From Azolla caroliniana (Eukaryota; Plantae; Polypodiophyta): 64,000 bases of DNA. Under the pieces are notes generated by a model, which saw only the letters and a program-made list of their open reading frames with translations, did no database searches and was not told the origin of the DNA. A program made the position numbers and the translations under genes. The stretch spans positions 1 to 64,000 of the forward strand of contig JBHGNT010000004.1 in assembly GCA_043228905.1 (NCBI GenBank), in the 5' to 3' direction. Below are positions 52,911-64,000 of this stretch, in pieces; position 1 is the stretch's first letter, and each line of letters begins with the position of its first letter.

Positions 52911-53323
52911 TAACAATCGGCAACAGTTCGGTTTGAACCGAACTGAACCATGAAACCGTACCTTAATGGCTTAACGGTTTCAACGGTTTGGTTCGGTTTT
53001 AACAGTCAGAAACCGCGGTTTAAACGGTTTAACGGGTTTTTTTTTCTTTAAAAAAAATTTAAATTTAAAAAAATAAATTGTTTTTAAACAATCTTTTCAT
53101 TTTTAGACCTTATTCTCACATTTTAGGAACATCTTAAAATTTAAAATAATGAAATATTATAAATTTAAAATTTTTTAACATTTTGACCTATGTTGAAAAA
53201 CCGAAACCGAACCACGAAACCGTTGTTTTTACGGTTTATAGGTTTAACGGTTTCGTGGTTTGGTTTGGTTTGGTTCAGGTTTTTAAAATTTTAAACGGAG
53301 AATCGAACCGTTGCCGATTGTTA
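52911..53323. mobile_element. hAT-type MITE, copy 4 (best preserved)
   Basis: Perfect 14-bp TIR TAACAATCGGCAAC / GTTGCCGATTGTTA and perfect 8-bp TSD GTTGGTGG (52903-52910 and 53324-53331). Confidence 0.95.
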
Positions 53324-54059
53324 GTTGGTGGTCAATCACTCCTAAGCTATGAATGACTCTACTAACTACTTAGGCAAACTTCACTTTCTCCCTAAGTTTA
53401 ACTTAACTTAGACGACGTGCATTTACTCAACTAACTTAGGGAGAAAGTTCTTGTATACTAGCTTTTCATGTATTACTCTCATTTCCTTTTCGATTATGTT
53501 TACATATTGTACGTATTCCAGTGGAGAAGGAGTGAGGAGTGGTATAGGCGCATTACTTAACAACCCCCTCAACTTAGTGCACCTCTTCACATGCCATTTG
53601 TTGATGTTTGTGGAGTTTGTGTTGAGGCACAAGGAGAGGTGTATGGCAATTAGTTAACAATCCCTTTGACTTAATGCACCCGCACCCCTTCACATGTCCT
53701 TTGTTGATATTCCCCTAGATGAGGGAGAGATGAAGTTCCAAGGATGTATGTTGTAACTTGTGGGATACTTGTTGCTTGTGTGGTTTAGGGTACCCCAAAA
53801 GAAGATTAGGGTTTGTGGATTGAAAATGGGGGCTGCAACTGAAGTGATGGGATAGGGGTGGGCAGACTAGGCACCATGTTGTGGCAAATTGCATACTTGG
53901 TGTTCACATTATTCACATACGTTTAGGGTGGGTTGCATTAGGGGCATCAAGTTCTTCGGGTCTAGAGATTTGATTGATTCCACATATTTTAAGCATGGTG
54001 TGTAGAAGCTTGTAGGGTTCTGAATTGGTAGTCATATTGTGAGTAGTGATCATAAGAGC

Positions 54060-54281
54060 TAGGAATCGGCAACGATTTTGCCTTGTCCAAAGCAAACCCT
54101 AAATTTATTTGGGGGTTTCCAAACTTGAACCGAACCAATTACTAAACTAGTTTGGCCAAGCTAGTTAAGCCTAAATCCATTTAGGAACCGGTTTAACCAA
54201 GCCAATTAAGCCTTAAATAGCTTGGTTTGAAACGGTTTGACGGTTCAGTTTAGGCTTGAGCCAAGCCATTGCCGATTCTTC
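54060..54281. mobile_element. Short hAT-type MITE, related subfamily (copy 5)
   Basis: Ends TAGGAATCGGCAAC / TTGCCGATTCTT with AACCG/AAGCC motifs. TSD is not clean: TAAGAGC recurs about 12 bp past the right end. Confidence 0.65.
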
Positions 54282-54350
54282 AATCCTAATTATTAAGAGC
54301 TTGCAATAGCCTGTGCCCGAAGGGGGGTATATTATTGAGAAATATAAGAA

Positions 54351-55025
54351 GGGAAAAGTACTAGGATACCCCTGGAAGTTTGTCTATTTACTAGAATGCC
54401 CCAATAAGTTCCAAATTTACCAAACTACCCCTATGTCCAAAAAATACACTTAATAAAGTAATTATACACTCAAACAGGTAAATAGGGCTAGTTCGGGTCC
54501 ATTTCTTCCATCTTTGGTAAATAGGGCTTTGTAGATTTGAGTGTATAATTACTTTATAAAGTGTAATTTTTTGGACATAGGGGTAGTTTGGTAAATTTGG
54601 AACTTCCAAGGGCATTTTAGTAAATAGACGAACTTCCAGGGGTATCCTGATACTTTTCCCATATAAGTATAAAGTAATTATGTAACACTCAAATTATTGG
54701 TAAATAGGGCTTTGTAGATTTGAGTGTATAATTACTTTATAAAGTGTAATTTTTTGGACATAGGGGTAGTTTGGTAAATTTGGAACTTCCTAGGGCATTC
54801 TGGTAAATAGACGAACTTCCAGGGGTATCCTGATACTTTTCCCATATAAGTATAAAGTAATTATGTAACACTCAAATTATTGGTAAATAGGGCTTTGTAG
54901 ATTTGAGTGTATAATTACTTTATAAAGTGTAATTTTTTGGACATAGGGGTAGTTTGGTAAATTTGGAACTTCTAGGGGCATTCTGGTAAATAGACGAACT
55001 TCCAGGGGTATCCTGTACTTTTCCC
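54351..55025. mobile_element. Mutator-type foldback MITE with triplicated right arm
   Basis: Left arm 54351-54474 (GGGAAAAGTA...) is inverted relative to three right arms with a 183-bp period (54515, 54698, 54881). Perfect 9-bp TSD ATATAAGAA at 54342-54350 and 55026-55034. Confidence 0.9.
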
Positions 55026-55280
55026 ATATAAGAAACTCTGCAAACCAGAGAGGGGTATTTGTGCAAATATCCAAAATTGTTCCTTCCTTCCTTCCTTCCC
55101 CCCTGCTTGCGCCTCCCTGCAGGTTACCTCCATGCCTTGTTAAATCATTGGAATTGCAGTATAAGGAAAGCTTTCTCTGTGATTGTATTCGCGTGCACTT
55201 CTGCCCAATCCACCCGCGTATAAAGACAAGACACACAGAGAACCCGCGATGAACAGACCGAGTAGAAACTTCAAGGGTCC

Positions 55281-58200
55281 ATGGCGACCTTCAGAAACAG
55301 TAGAGGCATCCCTTCTACCCACACTATTCTGTTGGACCTCTTTATTACCATCATCATACAGAGTATTGGGTTACTCACCATCTCTGCAGAAAATGATGAA
55401 GGAACGATGGTGATGATGGGTCAAGCTGAGAAACTAATCCAATCTCTGCAGCTCATTCCTTCTCTGCAATCTGTGCATGAAATCTCTCATCTAGGTTTTG
55501 ATGGATATACGAATGTGGGGTCTTCATTATTTGAAAGAAACCTTGATCTTCACATATCAGGGAATTCTGGTTCTTCTATTTCGGATGAGGATTTGGGCCA
55601 TCATGCTGGATATTTTGAGCTGAAGGGTACCCATGCATCCAGGTATGACGTCTAATGGTTTTCGCACTATAGTTCCATTTTGGTCTCTGGGTCCATAATG
55701 TTTTTTTTACAATTAGTATTGTTGTATTTTGGTTGAATGCTCTCTAATGACATTCACATGTAGTTGCATTTTGGTTTTATGGTTTCCAATAGCTTTCACA
55801 ATATAATATAGGTGTATTTTGGTTGTATGGTCTCTAATGGATTTCGCGATATAGTATAATTGCATTTTAGATATACGGTCTCTAGTGGATTTCACGTGTT
55901 GTTTGATTTGATGGTCTTTTAAGGGATTTCACAATATATTGGAGTAATCAATGGTCTATAATTCAGATTTGCAACATTGGTGCAGGATGTTCTACATGTT
56001 CTTCGAGTCGCGGGGAAACAGGGCTGATGATCCAGTCGTTTTATGGATGTCTGGAGGCCCTGGGTGTAGCAGTGAATTGGCTTTGTTTTATGAGAATGGA
56101 CCATTTCACATCACCAAGAAGCTCACGTTAGAATGGAATGAGAACGGTTGGGACAAGGCAAGCTCAAAAGAAAACCTATATTCATTGCTTTTCTTTTTTC
56201 TTTTTTCTACTCAATCCCAAATTTCTTACTCATCTTGTTTTAGTCATCGAGCATCATCTTTGTAGACCAGCCTATAGGAACTGGCTTCAGCTACACCTCG
56301 GATGATCGAGATATTCGCCATGATGAAGAAGGTGTCAGTGATGATATGTACCACTTCTTGCAGGTGTGTACTTTACAAGGCTCATAGAGCTTCTAGAGCT
56401 GTAAGTTGTAAAAGAATGCAAAATGGATATCAATATGTTTGGAAATTTAAAAGGGAAAGTGTGGATTTGCATTATTAACATATGTAATGTGCTGTTTTGA
56501 GAAGCTAACTTGGAAAAGTCTATATTTCAGAATGATAAAAGTAATTATTTATCAATAAAAACTCGAACATATTTGTGAAAGAAGTTGAGTTTATTTTTTA
56601 TTATATGATATTAAATGTGCATCTTTTTTAGATGTGTATGATATGAAAAGCTTTGCAAAACTGAAACTATACCTATTTTCGTAGATTTTTTATTTCTACA
56701 TCCTAATTGATCTGTTGTTAACAATAACTAATAAAAGAAAACACTAGTAAGACACGTCATGTGTGATTGTCCAATGCACTTAATGTCTTCTTTATAATAT
56801 GTTTGGGCAGGCCTTTTTTGAAGCCCATCCAGAGTTTTCCAGTAATGATTTTTTTGTCACTGGAGAGTCATATGCTGGGCATTATGTGCCTGCAGTCACT
56901 AACAGGATTCATAAAGGCAACAAAGCCAAGGAGGGATTGTTTCCAATCAACCTCAAGGTAAATTGCTTGTGAATCTCACAATTAAAAAACTACATTTAGA
57001 GCTACTTATCCAGATAGGAGTTGTGGCAGGGGTTTGCTATAGGGAATGGCCTAACCAATCCTGAGATTCAATATCGAGCCTATGCAGATTATGCATTCGA
57101 AATGGGTCTTATCAAAGAAAATGATCGCGAGAAACTTTCCCGGATGTATCCCACATGTCAGAAGGCGATCGAGCTATGTGGTAATATGATCTTTTAAGGG
57201 TTTACAACTTGTATACATACAGCGGTCATTCTCCATATTGTTAAGTGTCTTTCATTTTCTCTCATAAAGGTAACAATGGGACGACTGCATGTGCTAATGC
57301 ATATGTTGTTTGCAACTCTATCTTCAACCATCTCATGTCCTTGATCAAAGGTGTAAATGTGAGTACTAAATGACTCGTCTCTAAGAGTTGGTTTATTTTA
57401 TCAAAAAATCTAGTTTGAAAGTTATTTTGTGCAGCCGAAAAGTTGAGGGGAAAAATGATCTTTTGTGGTTCTGAATATATTTGTAGTATTATGAATTGGA
57501 AATCAATTAGAAAAATGCGTCTACATGCCGCTCTTCCTTTCTTATTTTTTCAAATGTGGGAAATACATCACATTATGCTTTGCATGTAACGTGTTTTCAT
57601 TTTTCTCTTTGCATGGGGTGGGTGTGGAAGTTGAACTCCTACTATGGCTTCTAGGGTGGCAAGGGTTCAACCACTACGCGAACTCTGGCGATGTGTTCTC
57701 ATGCCCAGATTGATCTGGTACACATGGGCCAATGTTCCATGCCTGAACTGGATGTTTTTTTGTTTCTCTATGCAGTATTATGACATCCGTTCACAGTGCA
57801 ATGGGAGCTTGTGCTACGATTTCTCATATATGGAAACTTACCTAAATCAGCAGGTTGTGAGAGAAGCTCTGGGCGTGGGCGATATTAAGTTTGTGTCGTG
57901 CAGCCCAATCGTTTATAAATACATGATAATGGACTGGATGCGCAATCTCGAAGTTGGTATTCCGGCTTTATTAGAAGATGGGATTCAGCTTCTTGTTTAT
58001 GCGGGTGAATATGACCTCATCTGCAATTGGTTAGGTAAGGGCTGACTCCCAAGTATACAAGCTAACTTATCTTATGCTTGTAGGGTCTCTGATATCTTGC
58101 TTAATTCCACTCTGACGGTACTTGTGGATAATTGCAGGAAATTCAAGATGGGTTTCAGCAATTGATTGGTCAGGGAAACATATGTACACTGATGCACATC

Positions 58201-58696
58201 CCAAGAAGTTTGTTGTGGGTGGGAAGGAAGCTGGAATATTCTCAAGCTATGGACCTCTTACTTTTTTGAAGGTTAGTTTTTGTTTATTCTCAAGGCATGG
58301 CTCCCTTACATTTTTGAAGATAGGTTTTGTTTAGTGTATGGTTGCCTTTACCAAAAGAGGGGGTATGGAAGTGTAGCACTATGATAAAGATAATTTGAAT
58401 TCACAAGTCTGTTTGGTCACCACATTTTTTATGCTTTTTAAGATGTTACACATTGTCCTCCACATCATAAGAGGTTATTGTTAATGTCATTGAGATAAAG
58501 AATCTAAAGTATTTGTCAATGTTAGGTTCATAATGCGGGTCATATGGTGCCTATGGATCAACCTAGAGCATCTTTGGAGATGATTACGAGGTTCACTAAG
58601 GGAATGCCACTGGATCAAGATCTTCCATTCACACGAGTGGTTACAGATAGCTCGGAGCCGGTGATGTCGGGTTATACCAAGAATCATTCATCTTAA
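55281..58696 (+). CDS. Serine carboxypeptidase-like protein (S10, SCPL48/49 / carboxypeptidase III type), 9 exons
   Basis: Exons 55281-55642, 55986-56157, 56244-56363, 56811-56957, 57030-57180, 57270-57358, 57776-58034, 58138-58271, 58526-58696. DLGHHAGYF, WMSGGPGCSSELALFYENGPF, VDQPIGTGFSY, catalytic Ser GESYAGHYVP, Asp GEYDLICNW, His HNAGHMVPMDQP. Hydrophobic signal-like N-terminus. Confidence 0.96.
55655..55895. repeat. Degenerate tandem repeat, about 45-50-bp unit x5, in SCPL intron 1
   Basis: Recurring TGYATTTTGGTT..ATGGTCTCTAATGG.TTTCRC units. Confidence 0.7.
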
Positions 58697-59387
58697 AACA
58701 ATCTATATCTAATTCTTTGGAAGTCAATCAATTGAATTGTGCAATACTCATTTCAAATTTGGGATAAATGTACCCATGTTAGTTAATGCTGTAACACATT
58801 CATAAATTGATCATGATGGTGGAAAATAGAACAATTTTATAAATAATGGTGATTACACCAAAATGGCTGACCCAAAAATATAATTTTCTGTTTTGATAGC
58901 AATTTTCTTGTTTTCTATATCAGCACAAGACCCTACATCAGTCTAGTATTTCTTCCCATTTAAAACATTCTTTTGGTTCGAATGAGTGTCAATTATGTCA
59001 AGACATGCTAGAAAACATCTGGTGTGGATCAGGTTATGGATATTTAAATTACTTTGCAGGTTATTATCTAGTCAAACATGTAGTCATGTTGATGCTAGAT
59101 ATGAAAATAGATATTTTGATGATCCAGCTTTGGTACAACTGGTAGACTCTGTGAGTTCACTATGCTTGCATTTGGAAAACTTCTATTTGCAATGTGAAAA
59201 AATGAGCAATAAGCCTAATTTTTAAAGCATAATCAAGACCACAAATTTGAAACTATGTGTAAAATAGACTTTAGTAAATTAAAGTTATTAGAGTTGATGA
59301 TCAATTACAAGTGATTCCACATGACTTTAGAGAAATGGATGAAAAAGCTTGAAAGATTGTAGGCAAGCAGGGGCATGTTCCAAAAAC

Positions 59388-59582
59388 TAGGGATCGACTA
59401 CGACTTTGCTGAAGCCTAAAGCAAGCTGTTAAACCGTTTAAAAACGGTTTGGCAGTTCAGTTCAGTTGGGTTCGGGCTTGAGCTTCCCAAACCGGTTTGA
59501 GCTTGGTTTGGCAAGGCTCAAGCCAAATCAAATTGTTTTGGGCCAAATTGGTAAGTCAAAACCGAACCGTTGCCGATTCCCA
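59388..59582. mobile_element. Short hAT-type MITE, related subfamily (copy 6)
   Basis: Ends TAGGGATCGAC / GTTGCCGATTCCCA. Flanks CCAAAAAC and CCAAAAAT match 7/8. Confidence 0.75.
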
Positions 59583-60894
59583 CCAAAAATTGAAGAAGCA
59601 CAACCCAAGGAACAGATGGTAGCTCTATCAGTATCTAAAGGCCTCCTACTAGGTTGCCACAATGAAATGGATAGCCAAGATTATGAAAGGGGTTGAGGAC
59701 ATGAATGTACAAATCGTGTCCATGTCGTTAATCCGTTGCTTGGCCTGGAAACCTACATATATTATATTATATGGAACGTAATTTGAAAGACTCCACAAGA
59801 TTGCATTGCAAAAAGGAAATGTTGGTAGGTTCCTCTTATAGTTTCCATAATCAAAGAACAAAGTCCCCATTTGTTTTTTAAAAATAATATGTTTTTAAGA
59901 CAAGCCATGTCATATTCAAAACACCTTCAACAACCTAACTAGTTTTTGTAAAGTAGACATTGTTCTTGGAAACAAGTAGTGACGTGCATTATTTGAGACA
60001 CGTGTTAGGCAAATATTTGACTTAATATTGGACCGTTGAACAATTCGTAATGCACCAATACATCGTCTCTCAACCATGTAAAAAAGAGGCTTCTAACGGA
60101 ATACTTTTGGAGCTTCTTATTAGAGAATGTCGCCATAATTGACAATCTAGAACTCCAATTTGAGTTATCTTAAATATTGAAAAGATCTTTCAATAAATTT
60201 CACGTGTTTCATGTAGGTTGAGAGACAATCTTTTAGAAATATTCCTTTCGTGTCCATGAGAGAGAACACATTAACATGGGAGGAAACATCTTCAAGAGCA
60301 TGAAGAACCATTGTAAGGTGAAGGCTAAAGTGTGGGATTTAACATTCCTTATGCCTAGGAATAAAGGCATTTAGAATATATATCCAGATTCCATACCTAC
60401 TAACACATACATATTCTCATGGTCACATAACACTCACCATTTCAACTAAGGAATAATGGTTCAACCTGCACCTCAAATATTACTGACTCTATTCCATAAG
60501 CAATTTAATTAATCTTCGAGCCATATTAATATAGGAACATCCTTTTTATTAGAGAGGTTTTTTTCCTAGCTACTATTTCATAATTAGGTATTCACTAGTT
60601 TTTGTCTACATTCAAACATGAAAAGGTTGATATGTCCTCGTGGACTGTGGCGACGAAGTCGTATTTGGTGGAGAGCTACTTGTAACAGCACAGTAATCTC
60701 ATAATACTCTATGCAAACCACGAATACGATGCATATCATCACCACACATGAAGATATCAATGCTAGATGTAACCAAGGGAAGGGGATGACTCTAAATGAA
60801 AACTTCCGCATATTCGCACAACTTTAGTGATTAGAGATTACGTTTGAACTTTTATAGATATGCATTGCGACATGAGGGGTGAGGCGTTGAAGCC

Positions 60895-61070
60895 TCGACC
60901 CGTGATGTGAAACAATCAAAATGCACAAATGGCCCCTAGATGTCAAAATGCACTATGGCCCACGGTCTGGAATGATCAAAATGCACCACGACCCACAATG
61001 TGAAATGATAAAAAAAAATGCACCACAACCCGCAAGGGTGAAACGATCGAAATGCGCCATGCTCGGGTGT
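60895..61070. repeat. Degenerate minisatellite, about 33-bp unit x5, upstream of oleosin
   Basis: Recurring GTGAAAYRATCAAAATGCAC(C/T)AYGRCCC units. Confidence 0.75.
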
Positions 61071-61511
61071 GTCATATCGGATTGATATATGTAGCTTAGG
61101 TTATTGGTTGACACTTGGGGGGCCAAGGTAATTGCTTGGTGGCTCTTGACCATTTTGATGACCTAAATTTGGACTGTTTATCATGAAACGATGATCCATC
61201 CTCCTTCTCCTCTTTGGTTGCATGCAGAATCAATCTCCCTCCACCTGGCAAGCGAAGAATATGCAGCCCCCCCCTTTCCTTTCCATCAGATTCTTCTGCA
61301 ACAATCAGTCACACAGAAGAAGGCGATGCAGTTTTAGAAAATAGAAAGAAAAAACATTATGTTACCATTTCATTGAATAACTGTTGCAGAGTTCACTCAA
61401 ATCCTTCCATCCCCGACACCTCGGTAAATCTATCATCTACAAATTCTCCCCCCCTGCTCTTAGTGTTTTTGATTTTGATCTCAGAGAAACCTCCCAATCT
61501 CATCCAAGATT

Positions 61512-61973
61512 ATGGCCACGCAAGCTCGGGAGCAGGCTCGACAGATGGGCGGAAAGGCCCAAGAGATGGGCGGGCAAGCCCGCGAGCAAGCGCAGGGCAT
61601 GTTCCAGAAATTGAAGCAGCGCGGCCCCGGTCCCGCGGGCTGGGTGGCCCTAGTGGCCCTGGCCGGCGCCCTCGTGATCGGATCGGGGATCGTCCTCACC
61701 CTCCTCTCCCCGATCCTCCTCTTCTTCAGCCCCATCCTCGTTCCCGCGGGCATCGTGCTCTTCTTGTGCACGGCCGGCATTGTGACTGCAGGCGGCGCTG
61801 GCCTGGCCACCCTGTCGGCCGTCTCGTGGCTCTACCGATATGTCAAGGGTAAGCATCCTCGCGGGTCGGATCAACTCGACCAGGTCATGGGCCGTGTCCA
61901 TGAGACCACCGAACACATGAAGCACCGCGCTAGGGACATGACCGGACAAATACCAACACCCACCGGTGCTTAA
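61512..61973 (+). CDS. Oleosin (lipid droplet protein), 153 aa, CDS intronless
   Basis: Long central hydrophobic segment with the proline knot PX5SPX3P (PILLFFSPILVP), followed by SWLYRYVKGKHPRGSDQLD. Amphipathic N- and C-termini. Confidence 0.96.
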   Translation: MATQAREQARQMGGKAQEMGGQAREQAQGMFQKLKQRGPGPAGWVALVALAGALVIGSGIVLTLLSPILLFFSPILVPAGIVLFLCTAGIVTAGGAGLATLSAVSWLYRYVKGKHPRGSDQLDQVMGRVHETTEHMKHRARDMTGQIPTPTGA

Positions 61974-64000
61974 AAGTGAAACGCTGTTAATCATCAATCA
62001 TTTCCACATATTATATGATAGTTTGGGCATGCATCAATCTTCCAGTGATATATATATATATATATTCAGAACACTATTATTAGGGATAGGGATATGGTAG
62101 TCATATTAGTGCATCTCTGCATTTCCATGTAATACCTCTTGCATTCAATGGAGTAAAAGATTACAATTCGATCAGCTTAGTGCCTGTGTAATAGTGAATA
62201 TAAACATTTTACCGATGATGGAGCGATGTGTTGTGAGTCACCTCCGGTCTATACCCCGTTTGTTTCAGGGAATAATTGTAAGATTAGTATTAGAAAAGCT
62301 CCTTCCCATCTTTAAGTTTTTAGACCAGTCAAAAATGTTACATATGAACTCTCGTGTACCTATCTGATGTAGTAATTTATGTTTCGTTTAAATCCAAATT
62401 CGCCAGACAAGAGTTATTGTGGTTGGTTTGATGATCAAAATAATGTAGCTCAAAATGTGTGTTAATTTAATGCATGCATCACATGAATCATGGATGTCTA
62501 CACTTCATTTTTAAATAATTTAAGATCATGCCACGTGATTTTGAATGGGCGTATATTCAAAGTTGGAAAATTTGAACCCTAAATCCATTTATGCACAGAA
62601 TTTATGAATTATATCAAGGCTATTGAAAATGGATAATTGTCTTGGGGTGATTTAGAAGGCAAATAAGTGGACAATGTAGAAGTTAATTATTATGTAGAAA
62701 CTGGAGAATTTCATGTATATGATGACCAAGAAAATATAACAAACTGTTAATTCTTGTTTCAAACTAACACAAACATAACATACATCAGTTTATATAAAGT
62801 TTAGTAGCGAGAAGTTACGAAAAGCAAAAAATATGAGATGAAAAGTATTTAACATTCAATGATTTCCTTGTAGAAAAGCTCACAAATGCAACATTTTTTC
62901 ATAGAGGACACCAAAAAATGTAGGTGCCTACAATATTAGTATTAACCATCCTGTTCTTAAGGTTTGCCATGATAATCTTTTGATCCATTAGTTACTCTGC
63001 ATTTAAAATGACACATACTAATGCACACGCGAGCATGCAAATACATACAACATTGAAATATCTTGGCAAAGTTTGACCACAATTTGAATTAAATCTATCA
63101 ACTCCACCCCCTCAAAAACACATCATGTTTTGTCTCATGAACTTAGGAACATGCCATAATTATAATTTTGGAATTCCATGTCCTATAATTAACTCGAAAT
63201 CTAACTGCAACCCTATCGGAAGCAAATTTAAGGCGTTACTCTCTTTTTTTCAAATGCTTAAATCTTATCATCCATCTCTTTGTACAGCTTAAATCTTGTC
63301 ATACATCTCTTTGTACAAATATATATTCTCATTAAAATTAAATATAGAAAACGAGCCCATGATGCCTCCTGAGTCCTGTATAAAGAACTATCAATACATG
63401 AGAGAGCGTTGATGTGAATGAGGAAATGTAAATAAGTTAGTTTTGAAACCTACAAGTTCGCCAGAGACCTGACAAATTGCATATCATCATCACAACCATC
63501 TATTCAATTCACCTTTTCTGTAGCCCAAGATAAAGGAGGCTATGATAGATGGATCAAATTTTGGGATGCACAGGCAAAATAAGAAGATAATTAAAAGATA
63601 CAGTACTTAAACAAGGTTTAAAAAAAATATGGCAAATGGGGTAGATGTGGTGACTCTCAGTCTCTACCATCAGTTAATTTATAATTAGCGCTACATTGTT
63701 GGGCATTAGCACTAATGAATTATATTTACCATCAATTAATTTATAATTAGCAGAGTGAATGGCACAGAGGGTTACCAGATTATGGGGAATTATGAAGCCC
63801 ACAATGTGGTGGCTAGCAGTGTATAGATAGAGATGGGTTGCATTCTCATCTTCCATTTAGAGCTATGGTGTTTATGAATGGATGGTCATGAGTGGATATA
63901 GTTGTCTGAAGTTTATTTCTTTTGTATCACTAGAAAAACAGTACCCATTGCTTCATTTATATTTACTGACCCACCCGGTGCCTTCCTATTTGAGACATAA

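Noticed and set aside
54515-55025. Regular 183-bp repeats that could suggest a CRISPR-like array
   Set aside because: Units are identical along their whole length with no unique spacers, are far too long, and are explained as transposon arms. No cas genes.
2737-61973. Idea that the nine genes form a functional cluster
   Set aside because: Functions and compartments are unrelated and orientations mixed; this looks like an ordinary gene-rich plant region.
61214-61997. Several long overlapping ORFs on both strands around the oleosin
   Set aside because: Expected shadows of a GC-rich CDS with few stop codons; no recognisable motifs.

Overview
AT-rich eukaryotic (land plant) nuclear DNA, not prokaryotic: no rRNA, CRISPR or operon features were seen. 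Nine protein-coding genes can be spliced by eye with GT/GC-AG boundaries and intact frames: a SpoU/TrmH RNA methyltransferase (+), a 499-aa protein with an MGC N-terminus and two tandem adenylate/UMP-CMP kinase domains (+), a DUF760 plastid protein (-), a type I signal peptidase of the thylakoid processing type (-), an SDS22-like LRR protein (-), the ERD2 K/HDEL receptor (+), a Rab3GAP catalytic-subunit-like protein with an apparent BSD domain (+), a serine carboxypeptidase of the SCPL48/49 type (+) and an oleosin with an intronless CDS (+). Non-coding DNA holds six hAT-type MITE copies (8-bp TSDs recognisable in five), a Mutator-type foldback element with a perfect 9-bp TSD and a triplicated arm, tRNA-like SINE heads and many local duplications. 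A seed-free plant (fern or lycophyte) source is a weak guess only. I do not see a coherent new multi-gene system. The best novelty candidates are the acylated tandem kinase with a degenerate first domain, the BSD-Rab3GAP architecture, and transposon sequence placed in gene promoters. All coordinates were read by hand and may be off by a few bases.
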